Assembly: GCA_963730125.1 (NCBI GenBank)
Contig: CAVSQP010000019.1
Location: forward strand, 94,826-158,825
From: Vulcanimicrobiota bacterium
GTDB lineage: Bacteria; Vulcanimicrobiota; Vulcanimicrobiia; Vulcanimicrobiales; Vulcanimicrobiaceae
Length of the DNA: 64,000 bases
Direction: 5' to 3'
Shown here: one piece after another, positions 57,017 through 64,000 of the stretch
Layout: each line of letters opens with the position of its first letter
How positions within the stretch are numbered: the first letter of the stretch is position 1
Made by a program: the position numbers and the translations under genes
Notes under the pieces: model-generated
The model's database searches: none
What the model was told of the DNA's origin: nothing
What the model saw: the letters and a program-made list of their open reading frames with translations, nothing else

Positions 57017-58354
57017 GTGACGATCGTCGCGGTCGCGACGCCGCCGGGCAAAGGCGCCGTCGCCATCGTGCGCGTCAGCGGCCCCGCCGTCGACTCGTTG
57101 ACGGCCCGACTGGTGAAAACGCGCGAGCCGCTGCAGCCGCGCGTCGCCACCTACGCTGGCATTCTCGACGATCGCGGCGACCGGCTCGACCGCGGCTTGG
57201 CTATCCGCTTTGCCGCACCTAACAGTTACACCGGCGAGGAAATGCTCGAGGTGCACCTGCACGGTTCACCCATCGTCGTTCGCGAGGTCGTCCGCGCCTT
57301 TCTAGCCTGTGGAGCCCGACTGGCCGAACCGGGCGAGTTCACGCGGCGCGCTTATTTGAACGGAAAGCTCGGTCTTCACGCGGCCGCGGCCGTGGCCGAC
57401 ATGATCGACGCCGAAACTCGCGCCGCCGCGCGCGCCGCGCTGGCCAATCTCGAGGGCAGTCTAGCCCACGAGGTCGCCGCGCTGCGGGCCGAACTGGCGC
57501 CGCCGCTCGAGGAGCTGGCCGGCGCGATCGATTTTCCCGATGAAGTGCCCGAACCCGACCGGAAGGCGCTCGCAATCCGCCTCGCTGCGATACGCGACCG
57601 GGTGGAGAGCCTGGTGCGCGACGGCGAGCGCGGACGGCTGCTGCGCGAGGGCCTTAGCGTGGCCATCGTCGGGCCGCCCAACGCCGGAAAGTCGTCGCTG
57701 CTCAACGCCCTGCTGGGTGTCGAGCGCACCATCGTCTCGGATATCCCCGGGACCACTCGCGACACCGTCGAGGAGACCCTCAGCATCGACGGCGTGCCGG
57801 TTCGGCTGATCGATACGGCCGGCATTCGCACCCATGCCGATCGTCTCGAATCGGCGGGCATCGAACGCACGCGCCGCGCCCTGGAAGCGGCCCGCGTCGC
57901 CTTGCTCGTCGTCGACGGCTCGCAGCCGTTGGGAGCCGATGCGGCAATGCTGATTGCATCGACGCGCGACCGCGAACGCGTGCTCTTTCTCAACAAGGCC
58001 GACTTGGGCGACCGTGGCGCCCGCGAGGTGCACGAAACCGGGGCGATTTTCGGAAGCGTGCACGACGGGCAAACCGTCGCGCGCCTTCGCGAAGCGATCG
58101 CCGCTGCCGGATGGGGCGGCGACAGCCCGGATGTCGCGCGACCGCATCTCGCCTCGCTGACCGAGTTCGAAGCGGCCGGCGAGGCGCTGTCGTCTCTCGC
58201 CGCCGCGTGCGTTGCGCTCGACGCCGGCGAACCGATCGACTTTGCAGCGACGGAACTCCAGCGGGCCTTTTCCGCGCTTGGGCATGTAAGCGAGCAGGTA
58301 GCTGCCGAAGAGGTCCTCGACGGGATATTCTCCCGCTTCTGCATTGGAAAGTGA
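57017..58354 (+). CDS. mnmE: tRNA modification GTPase MnmE
   Basis: 445 aa. G1 GPPNAGKSSLLNAL, DTAGIR, NKADL, and the C-terminal CIGK. Confidence 0.96.
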   Translation: MTIVAVATPPGKGAVAIVRVSGPAVDSLTARLVKTREPLQPRVATYAGILDDRGDRLDRGLAIRFAAPNSYTGEEMLEVHLHGSPIVVREVVRAFLACGARLAEPGEFTRRAYLNGKLGLHAAAAVADMIDAETRAAARAALANLEGSLAHEVAALRAELAPPLEELAGAIDFPDEVPEPDRKALAIRLAAIRDRVESLVRDGERGRLLREGLSVAIVGPPNAGKSSLLNALLGVERTIVSDIPGTTRDTVEETLSIDGVPVRLIDTAGIRTHADRLESAGIERTRRALEAARVALLVVDGSQPLGADAAMLIASTRDRERVLFLNKADLGDRGAREVHETGAIFGSVHDGQTVARLREAIAAAGWGGDSPDVARPHLASLTEFEAAGEALSSLAAACVALDAGEPIDFAATELQRAFSALGHVSEQVAAEEVLDGIFSRFCIGK

Positions 58355-58366
58355 GGACGAATCCGG

Positions 58367-58747
58367 ATGAAGCTGACGCTCTCCGCACTTGCGGTTCTCT
58401 GCGCAATTCTTTTACCCCTAACCGCTTCGGCGAAAAACAAGAAGAACGGCTCGGCCTTCGGCGTGACCATCGTCAGTTGCGTGGTCAACTCGAACGGCAG
58501 CAACACGACCAACGGCATCAACGTCGTCTACTTCAACACCAACGACAGCTCGGCAACCGAAGTCGATTTCCTGGTACATTACGAGGGCCACAAATACGTG
58601 CTGATCGATAAAGGCAACTTCGCGCGCGGCTCACAGATCAATCACAACTTGACCAACGCGCTAACCGGTCAGCCGTGGAACGGCCCGACACCCAAACACT
58701 GCGCAGTTCAGCGCGTCTATTTGGCGGACGGCAGTGTTCTCCAGTAG
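58367..58747 (+). CDS. Small exported hypothetical protein
   Basis: 126 aa. Signal peptide MKLTLSALAVLCAILLPLTASA, then an Asn/Thr-rich mature part with two Cys. It is visibly less GC-rich than its neighbours. No family recognised. Confidence 0.55.
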   Translation: MKLTLSALAVLCAILLPLTASAKNKKNGSAFGVTIVSCVVNSNGSNTTNGINVVYFNTNDSSATEVDFLVHYEGHKYVLIDKGNFARGSQINHNLTNALTGQPWNGPTPKHCAVQRVYLADGSVLQ

Positions 58748-59324
58748 CGCCGGACAGAGTACGCTGCTGCAGGCCGTTGCTCGCAACTGGTGGGCCCTGC
58801 TGATTCGCGGCATCGCCGCGGTAATTTTCGGAATTCTCGCCTTGGTTTGGCCCGGCGCCACGTGGTATGCGATCGCGATTCTGTTCGGAGCCTACGCGCT
58901 CGTGGACGGCATCTTCGCGCTCGTCGCCGCCGTGCGCGCGGCCGAGGCGCACCTGCGCTGGTGGCCGCTTCTGCTCGAAGGCATCGTCGGCATCGTGATT
59001 GCCGGTATAACCTTCTACGACGTTCGCATCACGCTGCTCGCACTCTATTGGACGATCGCGGCGTGGGCGTTCTTAACCGGCATCTTCGAGATCGTCGCCG
59101 CGTTTCAGTTGCGCAAGCATATTGCCAACGAGTTTTGGTTGATTCTCGGCGGAATTGCCTCGATCGTGTTCGCCGCCTTGATGATCTATTTTCCGCTCGC
59201 AGGCTTTCTGGCAATCATTTGGTTGATTGCCGCTTACGCCATCGTCTTCGGAATACTGATGATCGCCTTCTCGCTGCGCTTGCGCAGTCACGCGGACTTG
59301 CCGAAGGCGACCACGACGAGTTAA
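58734..59324 (+). CDS. HdeD/DUF308-family membrane protein
   Basis: 196 aa. Repeated DUF308 helices (WWALLIRGIAAVIFGILALVWPG…; FGAYALVDGIFALV…). Confidence 0.75.
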   Translation: MFSSSAGQSTLLQAVARNWWALLIRGIAAVIFGILALVWPGATWYAIAILFGAYALVDGIFALVAAVRAAEAHLRWWPLLLEGIVGIVIAGITFYDVRITLLALYWTIAAWAFLTGIFEIVAAFQLRKHIANEFWLILGGIASIVFAALMIYFPLAGFLAIIWLIAAYAIVFGILMIAFSLRLRSHADLPKATTTS

Positions 59325-59333
59325 CGTGTAGCG

Positions 59334-61202
59334 ATGTCTCAAGACGCCGGTACGATCGTCGTCGGCGGCGGTCATGCCGGCGTCGAAGCAGCGCTAGCCG
59401 CGGCCCGCCTCGGCGTTCCGACGCTGCTGATCACCGGCGAGCCGCAGAAGATCTGCACGCTGCCCTGCAATCCCTCGATCGGCGGCAGCGCCAAAGGCCA
59501 GCTAGTCCGTGAAATCGACGCGTTAGGCGGCGCGATGGGCCAGATTGCCGATCGCTGCAGCCTGCACGCGCGATTTCTCAATGAGAGCAAAGGTCCGGCG
59601 GTGCGCGCACTGCGCCAGCAGATGGATAAGCCGTCGTACGCCGCGCTGGCCATCGACTTGCTCTCGCAAGAGCCGAATCTCACGATCGTCGCGGGCCTGG
59701 CCGAGGACTTGCTCGTCGAAGCGGGCGCGGTTCGCGGCGTTGCCTGCAGCGACGGACGCCGGTACTACGCCAATCGCGTGGTTCTAGCCACCGGAACGTT
59801 TCTAGGAGGGAAGTCCTTCCGTGGGGACGTCGTGCTCGACGAGGGGCGCTACGGCGAAGCGCCCGCCATCGGGCTGGCGGCGGCGCTGCGCCGGCTCGGA
59901 TTTCCGACGCAGCGCCTCAAAACGGGGACGCCGCCGCGCATCGACCGCACCAGCGTCAATTTCACCGCGATGGTCGAGCAGCCGCCGAGCTTGCATCCGT
60001 TGCTCTTTTCCTACGCCGGCGAACGGCGATTTGCCGGCGAGCAGCTCTCGTGTTACGTCACGCAAACCAACGAACGCACGCACGCGCTGGTTCGAGAGAA
60101 TTTACACCGCTCGCCGCTCTACGGACTCGACCTCATCCGCGGAGTCGGGCCGCGCTACTGCCCGTCGGTGGAAGATAAAGTCGTCAAATTCGCCCATAAT
60201 CCAACGCATCAGATCTTCATCGAGCCTGAGGGATGGGACGAGCCCACGCTCTACGTCGGCGGCTTCTCGACCTCGCTGCCGGCCGAAGTACAGTTGGAGA
60301 TGCTGCAAACGCTACCGGGACTTGAGTCGGTTCGGATGTTGCGGGCCGGATATGCGGTCGAATACGACATGGTCTCGCCCACCGAGCTGCGCGACACGCT
60401 TGAGACGCGGCGGATCGCCGGCCTCTACCACTGCGGCCAGCTCAACGGTACCTCCGGGTACGAAGAAGCCGCCGCGCAGGGCCTCATGGCCGGGCTCAAC
60501 GCCGCCCGCGCGGCGCGCGGCGACGATCCCATACGGCTGAGCCGCTCCGAGGCATATATCGGCGTGCTCATCGACGATCTGGTCACTAAAGGCGTGGACG
60601 AGCCCTATCGCATGCTCACCTCGCGCGCCGAGCATCGCGTCATCCTCCGTCACGATAACGCCGATCTACGGCTCACCCCCGTGGGGCGGGCAGCCGGCTT
60701 GGTCGGCGATGCAGCTTGGGAGGCGTTTCGCGAGCGCCGATCGGCGCTGAAATTCGCTCGGAAGCGCGCCGACGCCACCCGTTTGGGAATAAGCGCTATC
60801 GGCGGTGAGCGCTTCGAGGCCGGCGCCACCGTCGCTGATGCGCTGCGCCGGCCGAGTTTGGGATTTGCCGAGGTCGCAGCCTATCTGGCGGAGCCGCTTG
60901 AAGCAGAAATCGGCGAACGGCTGGCCATCGAGATCAAGGTCGAGGGGTACGTTCGCCGCGAGCTCCTGGCCATCGAAAAGGCGGCGCGCACCGAAACGGT
61001 CGGCATTCCCGAGGATCTCGACTACGCTTCGATTCCGCAGCTCTCACGCGAAGCGCGCGAGAAGTTCGCGCGGCAGCGCCCCCGCACGCTCGGCGCCGCC
61101 GGGCGGATCCCGGGCGCGACGCCGTCGGACATAGCGATCTTAGCCGTCTTCGTCCATAAAAACCGACAGAGACAGGTCGACCCCGAACTCGCCCCAGTGT
61201 GA
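59334..61202 (+). CDS. mnmG: tRNA uridine-5-carboxymethylaminomethyl synthesis enzyme MnmG (GidA)
   Basis: 622 aa. FAD motif [19 protein letters not shown], …[11 protein letters not shown]…, [16 protein letters not shown]. Confidence 0.97.
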   Translation: MSQDAGTIVVGGGHAGVEAALAAARLGVPTLLITGEPQKICTLPCNPSIGGSAKGQLVREIDALGGAMGQIADRCSLHARFLNESKGPAVRALRQQMDKPSYAALAIDLLSQEPNLTIVAGLAEDLLVEAGAVRGVACSDGRRYYANRVVLATGTFLGGKSFRGDVVLDEGRYGEAPAIGLAAALRRLGFPTQRLKTGTPPRIDRTSVNFTAMVEQPPSLHPLLFSYAGERRFAGEQLSCYVTQTNERTHALVRENLHRSPLYGLDLIRGVGPRYCPSVEDKVVKFAHNPTHQIFIEPEGWDEPTLYVGGFSTSLPAEVQLEMLQTLPGLESVRMLRAGYAVEYDMVSPTELRDTLETRRIAGLYHCGQLNGTSGYEEAAAQGLMAGLNAARAARGDDPIRLSRSEAYIGVLIDDLVTKGVDEPYRMLTSRAEHRVILRHDNADLRLTPVGRAAGLVGDAAWEAFRERRSALKFARKRADATRLGISAIGGERFEAGATVADALRRPSLGFAEVAAYLAEPLEAEIGERLAIEIKVEGYVRRELLAIEKAARTETVGIPEDLDYASIPQLSREAREKFARQRPRTLGAAGRIPGATPSDIAILAVFVHKNRQRQVDPELAPV

Positions 61203-61873
61203 CCGAGCTTGAACTCGAGCTCAGACGAGCCGGCGTCGCTGAGCCCCTCGCCGAGCCCTTGGGCCTCTACGGCGAGCTGGTGCTGGCAGAGAACCGCCGC
61301 TTCAACCTGACCGGCGCAAAGAGCCCTGCGGAGTTGCTCGGCCATCTCCTCGACAGCCTCAGCGTGGTCCCGTTCGTTGCCGCACCATACGTCGACGTCG
61401 GCTCGGGCGCCGGACTTCCGGCGATTCCCGTCCTCATCGCTACCGGCGTCCGGACGACGCTAATCGAGTCGAACCGTAAGAAGGCCCACTTCTTGGAATC
61501 GGCCACAGAGCGGCTCGGCCTGACGGCCGCGGTCGTCTCCGACCGAGCCGAGGCCGCGGGGCGGCGCGAAGACCTGCGCGACCGCTTTGCCAGCGGAACG
61601 GCGCGGGCCGTTGCCTCGGCGCCGGCCGCAGCCGAACTGCTGCTCCCGTTCATCGCGCCGGGCGGCGTTGCGATTCTTCAGCAGGGCCGCCTCGATACGG
61701 CCGAGCGGCAAGCGCTGGAAGACGCGGTGCTGGTTCTCGGTGGCCGCTTCGAGGAAGAACGGATCGTCGAAGGCGAGCGGCGGCTGGTTTTGGTGCGGAA
61801 AGAGGGCCCCACGCCGGCGCGTTTCCCCCGGCGAACCGGCATCCCGCAGAAACGCCCCCTTTGTTCAACGTGA
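61199..61873 (+). CDS. rsmG: 16S rRNA (guanine527-N7)-methyltransferase RsmG (GidB)
   Basis: 224 aa. The GTGA start overlaps the mnmG stop. SAM motif [14 protein letters not shown]. Confidence 0.9.
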   Translation: MTELELELRRAGVAEPLAEPLGLYGELVLAENRRFNLTGAKSPAELLGHLLDSLSVVPFVAAPYVDVGSGAGLPAIPVLIATGVRTTLIESNRKKAHFLESATERLGLTAAVVSDRAEAAGRREDLRDRFASGTARAVASAPAAAELLLPFIAPGGVAILQQGRLDTAERQALEDAVLVLGGRFEEERIVEGERRLVLVRKEGPTPARFPRRTGIPQKRPLCST

Positions 61874-61914
61874 AACATTTAGGCCGGCCAGACTCTGCGG
61901 TAGGATAAAGCCGC

Positions 61915-63294
61915 ATGCACAGCCTGCTCCCACCCGACCTTCGCCTCGCTGCCGTGCTTCCAGCCGGCAGCTTGTACGCCGTCGGCGGCCGAGTCCGCGA
62001 CGAGCTGCGGGCGGATTTGGAGCTCTCGCCCGCTCCAACGAAGGACCTCGACTACGTCGTAACCGGCCTTTCACTAGAAGAAATCGCTCGCCGGCTCGCT
62101 CCGGTAGGGCGGATCGGCATCGTCGGCGCCTCGTTTTCCGTGCTCAAGCTGACCTTCGAGGGCCAGACCGTCGACATCGCCCTGCCCCGCCGCGAGCGTT
62201 CGATCGGCGTCGGCCATCGCGATTTCGAGGTGCATAGCGGCCCCGAGGTTACGCTCGAGCAGGACCTCGGCCGGCGCGACTTCCGCATGAATATGCTGGC
62301 TCGGGCCCTTCCGTCGGGCGAGCTCGTCGATCCCTACGGCGGCGAGGCGGACATCCGGGCGCACCGGATCGACATTCTGACGCCGGAAAGCTTCCGCGAG
62401 GACCCGCTGCGCATGCTGCGCGCGGCGCAGTTTTCGGCGCGATTCGAGTATGAGGTGACGGCGGAAACGAAGGCAGCCATGGCCGAGGCGGCCCCGCTCG
62501 TTCGGTCGGTCTCCGCGGAGCGCATCAGCGAAGAACTGGGCAAGCTCTTCATCCAGGCTCGCCGGCCCTCGATTGGGCTGGAGCTGCTGCGCGAGACCGG
62601 CGTGCTGGAACACCTCTGGCCCGAGCTTCTCGAGGGGGTAGGTGTCGAGCAGAATGAGTGGCATGCGTTCGATGTGTGGAACCACAGCCTGGCCACGGTC
62701 GACGCTTCACCGCCCGGCGACTTAATCTTACGCTTGTCTGCTTTATTTCACGATATCGGTAAGCCCAGGACGAAAGACGGCCCGCACTTTTACCGGCACG
62801 AGATGGTCGGCGCCGATCTGGCGCGCGAAATGCTGGAGCGATTCCGCTTTCCCGGCGACGTCGTCCAAACGGCGCAGCATTTAGTGCGGCAGCACATGTA
62901 TTCGGCCGATCCCCAGCTCAGCGACGCCGCGCTGCGACGCTTCATACGCCGCGTAGAGCCCCCAAATATCGAACGTTTGTTCGATTTGCGCCACGCCGAC
63001 ATCGCCGGCAGCGGCCTGCCGAAGCGCGACGGGAGCAACGAGGCCTTCGAGGCGCGCGTGCACGACGAGCTTGCCCGAAAGCCGGCGTTTTCGGTTCGCG
63101 AGCTGAAAATTTGCGGCGACGACGTCATCGCAGCGCTCGTCGCGCGCGGCAACGTGCGCGCTGGTTTCGCCGGCGACGAGCGCGTCGGTGCCGCGCTGCG
63201 CTGGTTATTCGAGCAGGTCACCGATGAGCCCGAACGTAACGAGCGGACCTTGCTGCTGACATTGCTCGAGCAGTACTTGGACTCCGCGGGGTAA
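61915..63294 (+). CDS. cca: CCA-adding tRNA nucleotidyltransferase with HD domain
   Basis: 459 aa. GGRVRDEL…DLDYV, RRDFRMN, and the HD motif LFHDIGKP. Confidence 0.88.
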   Translation: MHSLLPPDLRLAAVLPAGSLYAVGGRVRDELRADLELSPAPTKDLDYVVTGLSLEEIARRLAPVGRIGIVGASFSVLKLTFEGQTVDIALPRRERSIGVGHRDFEVHSGPEVTLEQDLGRRDFRMNMLARALPSGELVDPYGGEADIRAHRIDILTPESFREDPLRMLRAAQFSARFEYEVTAETKAAMAEAAPLVRSVSAERISEELGKLFIQARRPSIGLELLRETGVLEHLWPELLEGVGVEQNEWHAFDVWNHSLATVDASPPGDLILRLSALFHDIGKPRTKDGPHFYRHEMVGADLAREMLERFRFPGDVVQTAQHLVRQHMYSADPQLSDAALRRFIRRVEPPNIERLFDLRHADIAGSGLPKRDGSNEAFEARVHDELARKPAFSVRELKICGDDVIAALVARGNVRAGFAGDERVGAALRWLFEQVTDEPERNERTLLLTLLEQYLDSAG

Positions 63295-63299
63295 CGGCG

Positions 63300-64000
63300 C
63301 TGGCTCGCATCATCGCACTCGTCAATCAGAAGGGCGGCGTTGGAAAAAGCACGACGACCGTCAATCTCGGCGCGGCGCTCGCACTATTTGGACGTCGCGT
63401 ACTTATCGTCGACGCCGATCCGCAGGGAAATACGACGACCGGTCTCGGAATCGAAAAAGCGCGCTTAGAGCACGACGTTTATCACGCGCTCGTTGGAGAT
63501 TTACCGCTCGATAGCGTCATCGTTCCGACCGAAATCGAAAATCTTTCTTGCGCTCCGGCCACGATCAATCTCGCCGGTGCCGATGTCGAACTCGTCGCCG
63601 CGCTGTCGCGAGAAACGCGGCTGCGTCAAGCGCTCGCACCGATTGCCGGACGCTACGATTTCGTGCTCATCGATTCGCCGCCGTCGCTCGGATTACTCAC
63701 GATCAACGCCCTAACCGCCGCGGCCGAATGTATCATTCCGGTGCAAGCCGAGTTTTATGCGCTCGAAGGCCTTGCGCAGCTGACGGGGGTCATCTGGCGC
63801 GTACGCGACGCGCTCAATCCGACGTTGCACGTCAGCGGCGTACTCGTGACGATGTTCGACGGACGCACGCGATTGGCGATGGAAGTCATCAAGGAATTGG
63901 AACGCTACTTTCCCGAGCAGATATTCAAAACGCAGATTCCGCGTAACGTGCGGCTCTCCGAAGCGCCGTCCTACGGGAAGCCGGCCATTCTCTTCGATCT
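63300..64000 (+). CDS. parA: Chromosome-partitioning ATPase ParA/Soj (3' end outside the window)
   Basis: Open frame running off the window edge, so absent from the track: IIALVNQKGGVGKSTTTVNLGAALA…VDADPQGN…IDSPPSLG. No ATG/GTG/TTG lies upstream in frame. The CTG at 63300 is the nearest candidate start, so the 5' end is uncertain. Confidence 0.88.
   Translation, partial: MARIIALVNQKGGVGKSTTTVNLGAALALFGRRVLIVDADPQGNTTTGLGIEKARLEHDVYHALVGDLPLDSVIVPTEIENLSCAPATINLAGADVELVAALSRETRLRQALAPIAGRYDFVLIDSPPSLGLLTINALTAAAECIIPVQAEFYALEGLAQLTGVIWRVRDALNPTLHVSGVLVTMFDGRTRLAMEVIKELERYFPEQIFKTQIPRNVRLSEAPSYGKPAILFD

Overview
This is a GC-rich, very densely packed bacterial chromosomal segment of about 70 genes, many with 4-nt ATGA/GTGA stop/start overlaps. 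I found no rRNA, tRNA, CRISPR array, transposase or integrase. Most of it is housekeeping. Minus strand, about 1.3-54.7 kb: alaS; an rsbV-rsbW-sigB-type sigma module; YtxH/DUF948 stress proteins; a NifS-like desulfurase; rarA; tsaC; mreB; murA; a complete F1Fo ATP synthase operon (atpZ-I-B-E-b'-b-H-A-G-D-C) preceded by wecA-wecB, dCMP deaminase, glyA and rpiB; aspS; hisS; accB; purH; smc; rnc; fabF. Plus strand from 54.8 kb: the origin-proximal set rpmH-rnpA-yidD-yidC-jag-mnmE-(2 inserted genes)-mnmG-rsmG-cca-parA. Gene order resembles Firmicutes/Terrabacteria (rpiB-glyA...atp...murA-mreB; hisS/aspS). Items that ordinary annotation would miss: (1) a 9-gene ADP-heptose/GT9/GT2/LpxB-like glycan operon wedged, together with accB, between hisS and aspS, one of whose GT2 genes is frameshifted; (2) an OstA/LptA-like exported protein gene, translationally coupled between tsaC and rarA, that needs two +1 frame changes to be read, which hints at decay of an LPS-type envelope pathway; (3) a 4-gene plus-strand operon of enolase-superfamily epimerase + DUF1611 + family-5 peptide-binding lipoprotein + C39-like cysteine peptidase, a candidate D-Glu/murein-peptide salvage system; (4) a 175-bp MITE/REP-like element with 31-bp terminal inverted repeats between atpG and atpD, plus related repeat modules upstream of alaS and, in frame, inside atpC; (5) a divergent strand switch at rpmH with no dnaA and no room for oriC. 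All functional calls rest on motifs recognised by eye in the supplied translations. No database search was run.
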